Below, piece after piece: positions 48,965 through 59,385 of a stretch of DNA of 64,000 nt. The first letter of the stretch is position 1, and the number at the start of each line of letters is the position of its first letter. A program made the translations under genes and the position numbers. Source of the stretch: Gammaproteobacteria bacterium (GTDB taxonomy: Bacteria > Pseudomonadota > Gammaproteobacteria > Eutrophobiales > Eutrophobiaceae); the NCBI GenBank assembly GCA_963422205.2, contig CAXMWX010000001.1, positions 96,001 to 160,000 of the forward strand, given 5' to 3'. A model generated the notes under the pieces. That model did no database searches and was not told the DNA's origin. It saw only the letters and a list, made by a program, of their open reading frames with translations.

Positions 48965-50142
48965 CAGGCGGCGTGTTTGTTATCGGTATCCCTGGTGCGG
49001 CTACAGCCTGTGGCTGGCCTGGTCCTGGCGACAGGGCCGGGCCGGGTGGGCGTTCCGGGGGGCGCATCCGCATACATGACGGGCAATTCAGGTGCCATCG
49101 GGCCGTCTGTTTTCGGGCCAAAGACAGCCACTTTTAACGCCTTGAGTGGATGCCTTAAAGTGTCATTGACCGCACTGGCCTCATAGCCGCTGTGTACCAT
49201 GCAGTTAGCACATTTGGGATTGCGCCCGCTGCCGTAATTATCCCAGTCTGTCTCTTCAATCAGGCTTTTATAGCTTGGTGCATAGCCCTCGCCGACCAGT
49301 AAATAACAGGGTTTCTGCCAGCCGAACACATTGCGCGTGGGGTTGCCCCAGGGCGTACACTGGTAACTCTGGTTGCCGGCCAGAAAGTCCAGATACAGCG
49401 AAGACTGATTAAATACCCAGCGCTTTTTGGCGCCCAGCACCCAGCGCTTTTTGGCGCCCAGCTTGAACAGATCACGGAACAGCTGCTTACTCTCCTTGCG
49501 CTTTAAGAACACATCCTGACGGGGCGCCCGCTCATAACTGTAGCCGGGCGAGATGGTCACGCCTTCAATCCCCAGTCCGCTCGCCATGTCCATAAAATCA
49601 GCAATCTCCTCAGCCGACTCCCCCTGAAATAGGGTGCAGTTGATGGTCACACGAAAGCCCCTCTGGCGGGCACGTTTGATGACGGCAACGCATTTATCGA
49701 ACACACCTTCCCGACAGACCGAGGCATCATGGCGCTCACGGTTGCCGTCCAGATGGATAGAGAAGGTGAGGTAACTTGACGGCTGGTAGTCATCAAGATG
49801 GCGCTCAAGCAGCAAGGCGTTGGTGCATAAATAGACGAATTTTTTCCTGGCAATGAAGCCGCTGACAATCTTTGGCATTTGCTTGTGGATCAGCGGCTCA
49901 CCGCCGGCAATGGACACAACCGGCGCCCCACATTCATCAATCGCCTGCATACAGTCATCATAATCAAGGCGTTTGTTGAGGATCTCCTCCGGGTAGTCTA
50001 TCTTGCCACAACCTGCACAGGCCAGATTGCAGCGGAACAGCGGCTCCAGCATGAGCACGAGCGGGTATTTGCTCTCCCTTTTCAATTTCTTGCCGATGAG
50101 GTAGGTGGCGATCTTAAACTGTTGGATTAATGGTACAGCCAT
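48964..50142 (-). CDS. hpnH: Adenosylhopane synthase (radical SAM)
   Basis: YPLVLMLEPLFRCNLACAGCGKI, SIAGGEPL, CTPWGNPTRNVFGWQKPCYL, CANCMVHSGYE. Start at 50142 with a GGAG upstream. Confidence 0.95.
   Translation of the reverse strand: MAVPLIQQFKIATYLIGKKLKRESKYPLVLMLEPLFRCNLACAGCGKIDYPEEILNKRLDYDDCMQAIDECGAPVVSIAGGEPLIHKQMPKIVSGFIARKKFVYLCTNALLLERHLDDYQPSSYLTFSIHLDGNRERHDASVCREGVFDKCVAVIKRARQRGFRVTINCTLFQGESAEEIADFMDMASGLGIEGVTISPGYSYERAPRQDVFLKRKESKQLFRDLFKLGAKKRWVLGAKKRWVFNQSSLYLDFLAGNQSYQCTPWGNPTRNVFGWQKPCYLLVGEGYAPSYKSLIEETDWDNYGSGRNPKCANCMVHSGYEASAVNDTLRHPLKALKVAVFGPKTDGPMAPELPVMYADAPPGTPTRPGPVARTRPATGCSRTRDTDNKHAA
49415..49462. repeat. Perfect 24-bp tandem duplication inside hpnH
   Basis: acccagcgctttttggcgcccagc occurs twice, encoding LGAKKRWV-LGAKKRWV. 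Confidence 0.95.
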
Positions 50143-50519
50143 CTGGGTTACTCCAATGTCAGCTTGGAATGCAGGCGATTTCAAGGCACTTAACAGCGGC
50201 CTTGAAAAATTCCGGTTATTAACGATGGATTAATGATAAATCAGTGATAAATTAACAGCATAGCCATGATAATACAAACCTGACATGTATGGCTATCAGT
50301 TTTAAAAGTCTACGATGTTGTTTTATTGCAAAAAACACGGGCTTCTCATCTTGCAAGCATCGCCCGGGCTATTCATAATAGCGTAATTTTTGCACAGCAG
50401 GCAGTGACTGGCATGGCCCCATCAACACGGCCGCTATACCTCAAGGCAGGCCAGCCAGTGCTGATCTTTTGCAATGGCGGAGTTTAAGTTCAAGGCAATA
50501 ACAACAGCCAAATAACAAC

Positions 50520-52469
50520 ATGTCCGATACGATGATAACACCGCTGCTGGATACGATTGATTCTCCTGCTGATCTCAGAGAATTGCCGGAATCGAAACTT
50601 GTGTCCCTTGCCGGTGAAATACGTGCCTGCCTGCTGCACTGGGCCAGTAATAACAGCGGTCATTTCGCCGCCAGCCTGGGTGCGGTCGAGTTGACCATCG
50701 CCCTGCATTACATCTTCAATACGCCGGAGGATCGTCTGGTATGGGATGTGGGCCACCAAGCCTACGGCCACAAGATCCTTACCGGCAGACGTGGCCGCCT
50801 GCACAGCATTCGCAAGCAAGGCGGGCTGGCACCTTTCCCCAGGCGTGAGGAGAGCGACTACGATGCGTTTGGTGTGGGACACTCCAGCACGTCAATCGCC
50901 GCCGCCCTGGGCATGGCGATAGCCGCCCAGCGTCTGGGCAGCCAGCGTAAGGCTGTTGCTATCATAGGCGATGGCGGCATGACCGCGGGCATGGCCTTTG
51001 AGGCGCTTAACCATGCTGGGGATACGGGCAGTAATCTGCTGGTTATCCTGAACGATAACAACATGTCAATTTCACCGAATGTCGGTGCCTTATCAAACCG
51101 TTTCGCCAGGATACTGTCGGGCAGGCTCTATACCAGTGTGCGGGAGAGAGGCAGAAAAGTCCTGGCTAACATGCCCTCGGTCTGGGAAGTGGCAAAACGG
51201 GCTGAAGAGCATATCAAGGGCCTGATCGTCCCCGGCGTCTTGTTTGAGGAGTTTGGCTTTAACTATATCGGGCCAATAGACGGCCATCACCTGCCTACCC
51301 TGCTGGAGACCATCCGTAACGTCAAGCAGCTTGACGGGCCGCAGTTTCTGCACGTTATCACCCGCAAGGGCAAGGGCTATGGCCCGGCGGAGGATGATCC
51401 GGTGAAGTATCATGCGGTCAGCAGGCCGTTTGATCTTGAGACCGGCATGGTGACAGGCACCAAAAGCAAGCCATCCGGCGTAACGTACAGCGAGATTTTC
51501 GGCGACTGGGTGTGTGATATGGCCGAGCGTGATCCTCGGCTGGTGGCTATCACCCCGGCCATGCGTGAAGGCTCCGGCCTGGTCGGGTTTGCACAAAAAT
51601 TCCCCGACCGGTATTTCGATGTGGCGATCGCCGAGCAACACAGCGTTGCGGTCGCAGCGGGCATGGCATGTGATGGGCTGAAGCCAGTGGTGGCGATCTA
51701 TTCCACTTTTCTGCAACGGGCCTATGATCAGGTGATCCATGATGTGATCGCACAGAAGCTGCCGGTGTTGTTCGCTATCGATCGGGCCGGCCTGGTGGGG
51801 GCGGACGGGCCAACACATAACGGCGCTTATGACTTGAGTTTCCTGCGCTGTCTGCCCGATATCGTCATCATGGCCCCGGCCGATGAGAACGAATGCCGGC
51901 AGATGCTCTATACCGGCTTTACCCTGGATCAACCGGCGGCCGTGCGCTATCCGCGCGGGGTCGGCCCGGGTGTGCAAGTGCAACAAGAGATGACACCGAT
52001 CCCGGTCGGCAGGGCCGAGCTAAGGCGTCAGGGCCGGGGCGTTGCCATACTCTCCTTCGGCGCCATGTTGTTACCGGCGCTGTCGGCGGCGGAGAAGCTG
52101 GATGCCACGGTGGTCAACATGCGGTTTGTCAAGCCACTGGATCGGGGCATGATTGCACAGGTGGCACAGCAGCATGAATTGCTGGTGACCATTGAAGAGA
52201 ACATGGTGCAGGGCGGTGCTGGCAGTGCCGTGAATGAGTTGTTATCCGAGCTGGGGATCACGCCGCGGATTATCCACTACGGCCTGCCTGATCGACAGAT
52301 TCAGCATGGCTCACAGCAGGACATGCTGGCAGATGCCGGCTTGACCGCCGCTGGCCTGCTGGCGTTTATCCAGGATCATCTCTCTGCTGCACGCATCACC
52401 ACCGCCCGTGGCAAACAAGACTATCCCGACCGGCGTACAGGCCGGGCGGCTGTGAGGGCCTTGAATTAA
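50520..52469 (+). CDS. dxs: 1-deoxy-D-xylulose-5-phosphate synthase
   Basis: [15 protein letters not shown], ThDP motif GDGGMTAG...[30 protein letters not shown]. Confidence 0.98.
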   Translation: MSDTMITPLLDTIDSPADLRELPESKLVSLAGEIRACLLHWASNNSGHFAASLGAVELTIALHYIFNTPEDRLVWDVGHQAYGHKILTGRRGRLHSIRKQGGLAPFPRREESDYDAFGVGHSSTSIAAALGMAIAAQRLGSQRKAVAIIGDGGMTAGMAFEALNHAGDTGSNLLVILNDNNMSISPNVGALSNRFARILSGRLYTSVRERGRKVLANMPSVWEVAKRAEEHIKGLIVPGVLFEEFGFNYIGPIDGHHLPTLLETIRNVKQLDGPQFLHVITRKGKGYGPAEDDPVKYHAVSRPFDLETGMVTGTKSKPSGVTYSEIFGDWVCDMAERDPRLVAITPAMREGSGLVGFAQKFPDRYFDVAIAEQHSVAVAAGMACDGLKPVVAIYSTFLQRAYDQVIHDVIAQKLPVLFAIDRAGLVGADGPTHNGAYDLSFLRCLPDIVIMAPADENECRQMLYTGFTLDQPAAVRYPRGVGPGVQVQQEMTPIPVGRAELRRQGRGVAILSFGAMLLPALSAAEKLDATVVNMRFVKPLDRGMIAQVAQQHELLVTIEENMVQGGAGSAVNELLSELGITPRIIHYGLPDRQIQHGSQQDMLADAGLTAAGLLAFIQDHLSAARITTARGKQDYPDRRTGRAAVRALN

Positions 52470-52484
52470 GCTGGCGCTGTCTTG

Positions 52485-53642
52485 TCAGGTCAATCGGCCA
52501 AAAGCAAATTGTTGCCTCAACCTGTCTAACACCGCCGCTGGCGATACCGCCGGTCTTGGCAGCGGATCGACGGTGCCAGCTAAGGTTCTTATATGTGCAA
52601 AGCGCGCCCCCTTGACACCAGTCGGCTCAAATACCTGCCCCAGCACATCAAGGCGGCTGCCGCTGATCGCCATGCCATACCCACAGGCATGGGCAATGTC
52701 GGCAAAGCGCACGTTGGCCGATACGGTGGCCTGGGCGCCGGTGGAGTCATGCACCCCGTTATCCAGCAGCAGGTGGATCAGGTTGTCCGGGCCATAGCTG
52801 CCTACCGTTGCCAGATTACCCATACGCATCAACGCCGCCCCGTCACCATCAATGACGACAATGCGGATATCCGGTCGTGCCCTGGCAAGCCCCAGACCCA
52901 GGGCGGAGGCACACCCCATCGAGCCGACCATGTAGATATGGTTTGCCCGGTCTGCCAGTGCGAATAACTCCCGGCTGGTGTAGCCGGTGGTGGCGATGAG
53001 GATGGATTGATTCTCCGGGGTATGGTGCAACAGTTGCTCAAGCACCTGGTGCCGCGTTAATTGCGGATTGCCGGCATCAACATGGCGCAGCAGGCGGTCT
53101 GTCTGGTGGCGATCAGGGATGGTCTGTTGCGTCAGTTCACAGGCCGCCGCCGTGTTTTTTTGCATGATAAAGGCATAGGGGCGGGAGTCGGTCTGCATGG
53201 ACGTCAGCGCACGTGCCAGCGCCGGGGCGATGGCATCAGTCTCGGTCGGGAAGCCTTCCCATCGGATCTGCATCAGATCAAACAGCGCCGTGGTCATTGC
53301 ACCCATCAGGGCATGTTGGGGTTCGTCTGTTATCCCCGGCGCTCCCCGGTGCGTGGTGATGATGAGCAAGGGCAGCTTGAAAATATGCGTCAGCGAGGTC
53401 AGCGGATTCACCGCATTACCCAAACCTGAGTTTTGCATCAGCGCTACGGCGCCCTGGCCGGCAATGGCAAAACCGGCGGCAGTGGCGATCGCATCGCCCT
53501 CATTGACGGCCGAGATGTAGTTTAGATCATCGGCCGAGATCACATAATTGATGAACGGGGTGAGGTGCGAGCAGGGTACGCCGCAATAATGGATCAACCC
53601 GGCAGCCTGTGCCTGCTTGATGAAGGTAGCGGCCTCAATCAT
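52485..53642 (-). CDS. aepY: Phosphonopyruvate decarboxylase
   Basis: GVPCSHL, NEGDA, MQNSGLGNAVNPLTSL, DEPQH, YMVGSMG, DGDGAALM, HDSTGAQ; directly downstream of the PEP mutase gene. Confidence 0.94.
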   Translation of the reverse strand: MIEAATFIKQAQAAGLIHYCGVPCSHLTPFINYVISADDLNYISAVNEGDAIATAAGFAIAGQGAVALMQNSGLGNAVNPLTSLTHIFKLPLLIITTHRGAPGITDEPQHALMGAMTTALFDLMQIRWEGFPTETDAIAPALARALTSMQTDSRPYAFIMQKNTAAACELTQQTIPDRHQTDRLLRHVDAGNPQLTRHQVLEQLLHHTPENQSILIATTGYTSRELFALADRANHIYMVGSMGCASALGLGLARARPDIRIVVIDGDGAALMRMGNLATVGSYGPDNLIHLLLDNGVHDSTGAQATVSANVRFADIAHACGYGMAISGSRLDVLGQVFEPTGVKGARFAHIRTLAGTVDPLPRPAVSPAAVLDRLRQQFAFGRLT

Positions 53643-53656
53643 GCGGCAGATCGTGA

Positions 53657-55336
53657 TCAGGACTGGCCGTGGGTAAAGTCGGCTGCCTTGTCAAGATCAT
53701 CGAGCGTGTTCACATCCAGCCAGTGACCGTTGATGTAATGCACATTGACCGTCTTGCCGCCAGCCAGCAGGTGGTTGATGAGATCAGGCAGGCTGAGTTG
53801 CCGATAATCCGGCTGTTGTTGCAGCTCGGCTATCGCGGCTTCGATCTGCGCTCTGCCAGTGGCGTTGACCTTGAGCATGCCTATCCAGCGGCCTGAAGGC
53901 TCGCCGCTGTCCAGTTTTTTCCTCTCGGCAATGTGTTTGAGTGTCACCTCGGCCATGAATAATGCGCGGTCATCTTCCTGGCTGCAATAGGCATAATCCG
54001 GCGGGTCGCTGACGGGGACATGCCGGGCGGAATCAACCACGATGACGATATCGCCCGTACTTTCCAGCAGGTCGCGCAGGATATAACCACGAAATAACAG
54101 ATCGCCATAGGTGATGATCATATCATCGGTGAATTTGTCCAGCGCCGAGGCCAGGCTCACCAATTCGCCCGTGTCCTGATAATCTTCATTAATGCACAGA
54201 TCAAACCCCGCCGCGGCCAGCTTTTCTGCCTTATAGCCGGCTATCACGGTAACCGCCGTGACAGATTGTTCTCTGAACTCATCAACCAGCCGCCTGATCA
54301 ACGGCACGCCGCCGATGGTCAGCATGGCCTTGGGGCGATCTTCGGTCAGCTCATAAAGAGAATGACCGCGGCTGGCGGCAAGCACCAGTGCCTGTGTTTC
54401 GGTGGCCGGGTTGAGATAGCGCTCCTGGGCGCGGCGTAACTCATCTGCCCCCTGTAGTGCAAAGATGTGATCAACGCTGGCGATCTGATCTTCAATACCG
54501 GTTAATGATTGCTCGGCCATGATCTGCTGGCTGATGCTCTCCATGCTTTCAATCGAACTGCGGATCATGTGATTGGCCCAGATCACCAGGCTGATCCCCG
54601 CCTTGCGAAAGACCGCGGTTGGGGTGCTGTAGTACTTGGTCGGCACGATGACAACAGGGCAGCGATTATCCCAGGCGTTGGCGAAGGCGATGATCTCATC
54701 CGGGCGCGAGCGCTTGCTGTGGATCAGGATCGCATCGGCACCGGCCTGATGATACGCCTCGGCCCGGCGCAGTGCCTCGGCCAGGCCCCAGCCGGCGATC
54801 AACGCTTCGATACGCGCCACGATGCAAAAATCATCATCACGCTGGCTGTCTTTGCCAGCCTTGATCTTGCCGCAAAACTCATCGATGTCGGCCAATGGTT
54901 GTCGCTTGCCATCGATGAAGCTGTTGGTCTTGGGAAACAGTTTGTCCTCTATGCACACCCCGGCAATATGGCGCTGTTCCAGCTTGCACACTAGCCGCCG
55001 CATGTTATTGAAATTGCCATAACCGGTATCGCCATCCAGCAGGATCGGGATGCTGGTGGCATCGGACATGAACTCCAGCATGTCGATGATCTGTGTCCAG
55101 CTGGCCTCGTTGCTGTCACGCACACCGAACTGGGCCGACAGCGCCAGGCCGCTGGCCCAGATCCCCTTAAAGCCGGTGCGCTCTACAATTTTTGCCGATA
55201 TGCCATTGTGTGCTTCCAGGATAAATTCCAACTCCTGTGAGGCGAGCAAGGCATGTAACCGGGCTGATCTCGATAATTCGGGCGGCCGGGTTTTCCTGGT
55301 CTTGTCGGGTATATGATTAGAGACAGGATCAGGCAT
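53657..55336 (-). CDS. aepX: Phosphoenolpyruvate mutase fused to a C-terminal nucleotidyltransferase domain
   Basis: PepM-diagnostic EDK-x5-NS ([10 protein letters not shown]), DGDTGYG, EAHNG; C-terminal domain LAASRG...DRPKAML...YGDLLF...WLDVNT. Start at 55336 (MPDPVS). Confidence 0.95.
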   Translation of the reverse strand: MPDPVSNHIPDKTRKTRPPELSRSARLHALLASQELEFILEAHNGISAKIVERTGFKGIWASGLALSAQFGVRDSNEASWTQIIDMLEFMSDATSIPILLDGDTGYGNFNNMRRLVCKLEQRHIAGVCIEDKLFPKTNSFIDGKRQPLADIDEFCGKIKAGKDSQRDDDFCIVARIEALIAGWGLAEALRRAEAYHQAGADAILIHSKRSRPDEIIAFANAWDNRCPVVIVPTKYYSTPTAVFRKAGISLVIWANHMIRSSIESMESISQQIMAEQSLTGIEDQIASVDHIFALQGADELRRAQERYLNPATETQALVLAASRGHSLYELTEDRPKAMLTIGGVPLIRRLVDEFREQSVTAVTVIAGYKAEKLAAAGFDLCINEDYQDTGELVSLASALDKFTDDMIITYGDLLFRGYILRDLLESTGDIVIVVDSARHVPVSDPPDYAYCSQEDDRALFMAEVTLKHIAERKKLDSGEPSGRWIGMLKVNATGRAQIEAAIAELQQQPDYRQLSLPDLINHLLAGGKTVNVHYINGHWLDVNTLDDLDKAADFTHGQS

Positions 55337-56072
55337 GGAATCTCTCCAGCACCTCTGTCTGTGCTCTCTGTACATCTTCCGGGAAGTCGATTTCAATCCA
55401 CGGCAGGCCGGTAATGTTCTCATAGTGAAACTGTTCAGGCTGGCCAAGCACAAGGGCGCGAATCGCCTCCTCATGCGGTTCATTGACATGCCCCTCATCG
55501 ATACGGCGTTGCACCTGTTGTAATAACTGTGCGGCGAGCCTGCCGTCAAAGCGGAAAAAACCGACGGACTCGCCTTGTATATCCCAGCGCAGATGGCCGT
55601 CTATTTGCTTTCGCAATTCCACGATGCGATCAGCGTGTATACAGATTTTTACCGGCTCATCACCGGCGGCGAAATGCTCATCCAGCAGCAGACAGTTACG
55701 GTGCTGGCTATGAATCAGACGCTGCAAAATTTCTGTATGATACAGGACATCGGCATCCATGAGGATAAGGTCGGTTGCCGCTGCCAGTATATCTCTGGCA
55801 CAGTACAGGCTGACCATGCTGCCTTGCGTGTAGTTGGCGTTATAAATCGTCTGGATTGTTATATCGATAGTAAGCCCGGCGATCGCCTGCTCGATCGCCT
55901 GCTGCTGATAACCGGTGATGAGATAAACCTGCCTGATCCCGCCGTGCGCCAGGTTCTGGATATGCCGTTCAAGCAGCGTCACACCATCGAAGGCCAGTAA
56001 TGCCTTTGGCTGATCCCGGCCTGCCTGACCCAGGCGCTCGCCACGACCGGCAGCGAGTATGACGGCTTTCAT
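55329..56072 (-). CDS. LicC/PntC-like cytidylyltransferase
   Basis: [42 protein letters not shown]; overlaps the pepM start by 8 bp. Confidence 0.88.
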   Translation of the reverse strand: MKAVILAAGRGERLGQAGRDQPKALLAFDGVTLLERHIQNLAHGGIRQVYLITGYQQQAIEQAIAGLTIDITIQTIYNANYTQGSMVSLYCARDILAAATDLILMDADVLYHTEILQRLIHSQHRNCLLLDEHFAAGDEPVKICIHADRIVELRKQIDGHLRWDIQGESVGFFRFDGRLAAQLLQQVQRRIDEGHVNEPHEEAIRALVLGQPEQFHYENITGLPWIEIDFPEDVQRAQTEVLERFHA

Positions 56073-56125
56073 CTGTGATGTGTTATTGTCAGATTCCAAG
56101 CGTTAGATTCCAGGGGCAAATACAT

Positions 56126-56161
56126 GGCATGTACCAGGGCATGTACCGGGGCATGTCCATG
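56126..56161. repeat. 12-bp tandem repeat (three copies) in the divergent intergenic region
   Basis: ggcatgtaccag / ggcatgtaccgg / ggcatgtccatg. Confidence 0.75.
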
Positions 56162-56385
56162 TTAAAATTGTGATCGGCTTGCAAACCGCTGAGCCGCCCG
56201 CCTATTATTATATGTTTGTTGCTGATTAGTCCTGTATTGCAGGGTGTCATTGCAGTAACATGACCGCTTAAATCATGCTCTGAACGCATCCTTACCAGAA
56301 GCTGTTTTCAAGAGGATGTGAACTTAAAAACAGGCATCCTGTTTGCTTGATTATAACCGGATATTTAAAGATATAAAGATCAGAT

Positions 56386-57681
56386 ATGTGTGCAGCTATA
56401 CCGAAAAAAATCGGTAAGTTTGAGATTCAGAAGCAGATAGGCAAGGGCAGCATGGGTGTTGTGTATCAAGCCTATGATCCTTTTACTGATCAGCTGGTTG
56501 CCGTTAAAGTGGCGCTGGCCGAATCGCTGAAGAAAAGCGAATCGGGGGCGCGTTACCGCAAGATGTTTTTCAACGAAGCGCATACCGCCGGGATGTTGCA
56601 TCATCCCAATATCATGAAAATTCTTGATGCCGGGGTGGATGAGGATGATTGCTATATCGTCATGGAACTGGTAGCGGGTGCCGATACGCTGAAGAGTTAT
56701 TGTCGGGCGGATAATCTGCTGCCGATAGCACAGGTCGTTGAGATCATCTTCAAGTGTGCCAAGGCGCTGGACTATGCACACCGGCAAGGCGTGGTGCATC
56801 GGGATATCAAGCCGACCAATCTGCTAATTACCCGGGAGAAAGACGTGAGGATTGGCGATTTCAGTATCGCCCATCTGATGACAACCGACATGAGTAACAC
56901 CATGCCCCTGGGGTTTGTTGGCTCGCCCCGCTATATGTCGCCTGAACAGGTGCAGGAGGACTCGATCACCAACCAGACGGATCTGTTCTCCTTAGGAATC
57001 GTGATGTATGAGTTGCTGACCGGCAGGCATCCATTCATCGCTAACAGTTTCTCCCGACTGATACACAAGATCATCAATGAGCAACAGCCGCCGCTGCGAT
57101 CCTATCGTAAAGATATTCCCGATATTCTGGAGAAGATCGTCCATCATGCCTTGCAGAAAAGCCCGGAGAAGCGCTACAAGATGGGACTGAATATCGCCGC
57201 CGATCTCAGCCTGACCTTTGATTATCTGGAAAAGCCACAAGAGGATATCGAGCAGGAGGAGAAATTAAACGCCGTGGAGAAATTGCAGTTTTTCAAGGGG
57301 TTTTCTACCGCTGAGATCGTGGAGATAATCAATGCGGGCATGTGGCAGACGTTTACCGAGGGCAGTCAGATCATCACCGAAGGGGAACTGGAGGATTCCT
57401 TTTATATTATTGTCTCCGGTGGTGTCAGCGTGTTGAAAGGCGAGCGGGTGATCAGACAGTTGCAGGCCGGTGATTGCTTTGGTGAAATGGGGTATCTCTC
57501 CAAGACCAAGAGGACGGCAACCATTGCAGCGGCCTCTGCTGTGCAGTTGTTAAAACTGAATGCGCTCCTCATTGAGCAGGCGTCACTGGAATGCCAGTTG
57601 CGTTTCAGCAAGGCATTTCTCAAGACGCTGGTGCAGCGTTTGTCCATGACGACATCCCTGTATGCCAACAGTGACAGGTAA
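56386..57681 (+). CDS. Hanks-type Ser/Thr kinase with a C-terminal cyclic-nucleotide-binding domain
   Basis: GKGSMGVV, VAVK, HRDIKPTN, GDFS, GSPRYMSPE, DLFSLG; CNB domain IITEGE..DSFYIIVSG...GDCFGEM..RTAT. Confidence 0.92.
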   Translation: MCAAIPKKIGKFEIQKQIGKGSMGVVYQAYDPFTDQLVAVKVALAESLKKSESGARYRKMFFNEAHTAGMLHHPNIMKILDAGVDEDDCYIVMELVAGADTLKSYCRADNLLPIAQVVEIIFKCAKALDYAHRQGVVHRDIKPTNLLITREKDVRIGDFSIAHLMTTDMSNTMPLGFVGSPRYMSPEQVQEDSITNQTDLFSLGIVMYELLTGRHPFIANSFSRLIHKIINEQQPPLRSYRKDIPDILEKIVHHALQKSPEKRYKMGLNIAADLSLTFDYLEKPQEDIEQEEKLNAVEKLQFFKGFSTAEIVEIINAGMWQTFTEGSQIITEGELEDSFYIIVSGGVSVLKGERVIRQLQAGDCFGEMGYLSKTKRTATIAAASAVQLLKLNALLIEQASLECQLRFSKAFLKTLVQRLSMTTSLYANSDR

Positions 57682-57686
57682 GGCGC

Positions 57687-59261
57687 CTAGCATTTCTCAG
57701 CCCGATAAAAAGCCAGCAATGCCTTGTTGGTCGCATCCATCGCCGTATCATCGCCCTGCTGTGCCATCGCCGCCCCGATACGCTTTGCCATCTGCTTGCC
57801 CAACTCCACGCCCCATTGGTCAAACGGGTTAATGTCCCACAAGACCGCCTCAACAAAGGTCTTGTGTTCATACAGGGCGAGCAATGCGCCCAGGGTATAC
57901 GGCGAGAGCTCGGTCAGCAGCACGGTGGTGCTGGGTCTGTCACCGGGGAAATGGCGGCAGGGCTGATCGTGATTTGGCTTGCCCTGCATGAGCGCTTCCC
58001 CCTGGGCAATGCAGTTGGCAAACAACAGCTCATGCGCCCCGTCTCCGTGAGGTGAGTTGACCACAGCGATCAGATCCAGGCTGGTTTTGATTGTCCCCTG
58101 ATGCAATAATTGAAAAAAAGCATGTTGGGCGTTACTGCCAACGCCGCCCCACAGTGTCGGTGCTGTAGGGTATTCGCACGGCTGCCCGCTATGGGTGATC
58201 GATTTGCCGTTGCTCTCCATCACCAGTTGGCTGAGGTAGTCCGGCAGCCGCCGCAGATTATGGGCATAAGGGACAACCGCATGGCAGGGATATTGCAGCA
58301 GACTGCTGTACCACACCCCCAGCAGACCCAGCACAACCGGCAGGTTTTTTTCTAACTCGCTATCGCTGAAATGCTGATCCATACAATGTGCACCAGCCAG
58401 GAAGCGCTTGAAGCGATCCTCCCCAAGCACCGCACAGATGATAAAACCCGCACACGACCAGACAGAATAACGCCCGCCCACCCAGGGCCACAGCCGCAGA
58501 TAATAATCGCTGCTGATCCCGAACTGGCTGACCGCCCTGGCATTCTCCGATACGCCGATAAAATGCTTGCTGATATCAGCACAGCCGTTTTGCTGTAACC
58601 AGGCTTTTGCGGCCCTGGCATTCGTTAAGCTCTCCAGCGTGGTAAAGGATTTTGAGACGATGACGAACAACGTCGTCTCTGGATCGGAATTACGCAGCAC
58701 CGCCTGCATCTCCGCCGGATCGAGGCTGGCGATAAAGTCATGGCCCAACCCGGTGGTCGGCAGGTGTGACATGGCCTCCAGCACCAGCCGGGGGCCGAGA
58801 TCAGAGCCTCCGATACCGATATTGACCAGCCGGGTGATGGGCTTGCCGCTGGCGCCAACCAGCACACCGGCCTGCAAGCCCTGGCACAGCCGGTACATCT
58901 TCTCTCGCTCTTTATCCACCTGCCGCCAGCCGGATTGTCCGTCTATCTCGACATCCTTATCGGCGGGCGCCCGTAACAAGGTATGCAGGGCCGCCCGGCC
59001 CTCGCTGTGATTGACGATCGCCCCCCCAAACAGATCGGCGATCCTGCCTTGCAGATGCCTGCCCGCCGCCAGTTCGAATAACAGCCGCATGGCATCGGCG
59101 GTTATCTTGTTGCGAGAGTAATCAACATACAGGCCCCCAAGCTGCAAGGAAAACGTATCGGCACGCCCGGCCTGCTGCTCAAACAGCTCCCGCAAAGGCT
59201 GTTTTGCTATGATCTCTGCCTGCTCTGTCAGGGCCTGCCAGATTGACGCACTCCTGTTCAT
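57687..59261 (-). CDS. pgi: Glucose-6-phosphate isomerase
   Basis: GIGGSDLGP, SKSFTTLE, VGGRYSVWS, MESNGK, QHAFFQLLHQG, FDQWGVELGK. Confidence 0.97.
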   Translation of the reverse strand: MNRSASIWQALTEQAEIIAKQPLRELFEQQAGRADTFSLQLGGLYVDYSRNKITADAMRLLFELAAGRHLQGRIADLFGGAIVNHSEGRAALHTLLRAPADKDVEIDGQSGWRQVDKEREKMYRLCQGLQAGVLVGASGKPITRLVNIGIGGSDLGPRLVLEAMSHLPTTGLGHDFIASLDPAEMQAVLRNSDPETTLFVIVSKSFTTLESLTNARAAKAWLQQNGCADISKHFIGVSENARAVSQFGISSDYYLRLWPWVGGRYSVWSCAGFIICAVLGEDRFKRFLAGAHCMDQHFSDSELEKNLPVVLGLLGVWYSSLLQYPCHAVVPYAHNLRRLPDYLSQLVMESNGKSITHSGQPCEYPTAPTLWGGVGSNAQHAFFQLLHQGTIKTSLDLIAVVNSPHGDGAHELLFANCIAQGEALMQGKPNHDQPCRHFPGDRPSTTVLLTELSPYTLGALLALYEHKTFVEAVLWDINPFDQWGVELGKQMAKRIGAAMAQQGDDTAMDATNKALLAFYRAEKC

Positions 59262-59325
59262 GCCGGGCCTGTTGTGTCAGTTACCTGTGTTGTAAGGGGT
59301 GCGCTGTGATTGCTGAAGAGTGAAT

Positions 59326-59360
59326 AAAAAAGCCACCTGCACCCGATGTACAAGCGGCTT
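59326..59360 (-). terminator. Rho-independent terminator after the TonB-dependent receptor gene
   Basis: Minus strand reads AAGCCGCTTGTAC-ATCGG-GTGCAGGTGGCTT, a hairpin with G-U pairs, running into a U-tract. Confidence 0.8.
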
Positions 59361-59385
59361 CCATATAGCCTGCGTTATGTGATGG

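Noticed and set aside
51093-51986. 297-aa minus-strand ORF
   Set aside because: Antisense shadow of dxs.
55337-55549. Apparent 71-aa N-terminal extension of PepM
   Set aside because: Overlaps the upstream cytidylyltransferase in another frame; the start at 55336 gives a normal 8-bp overlap.
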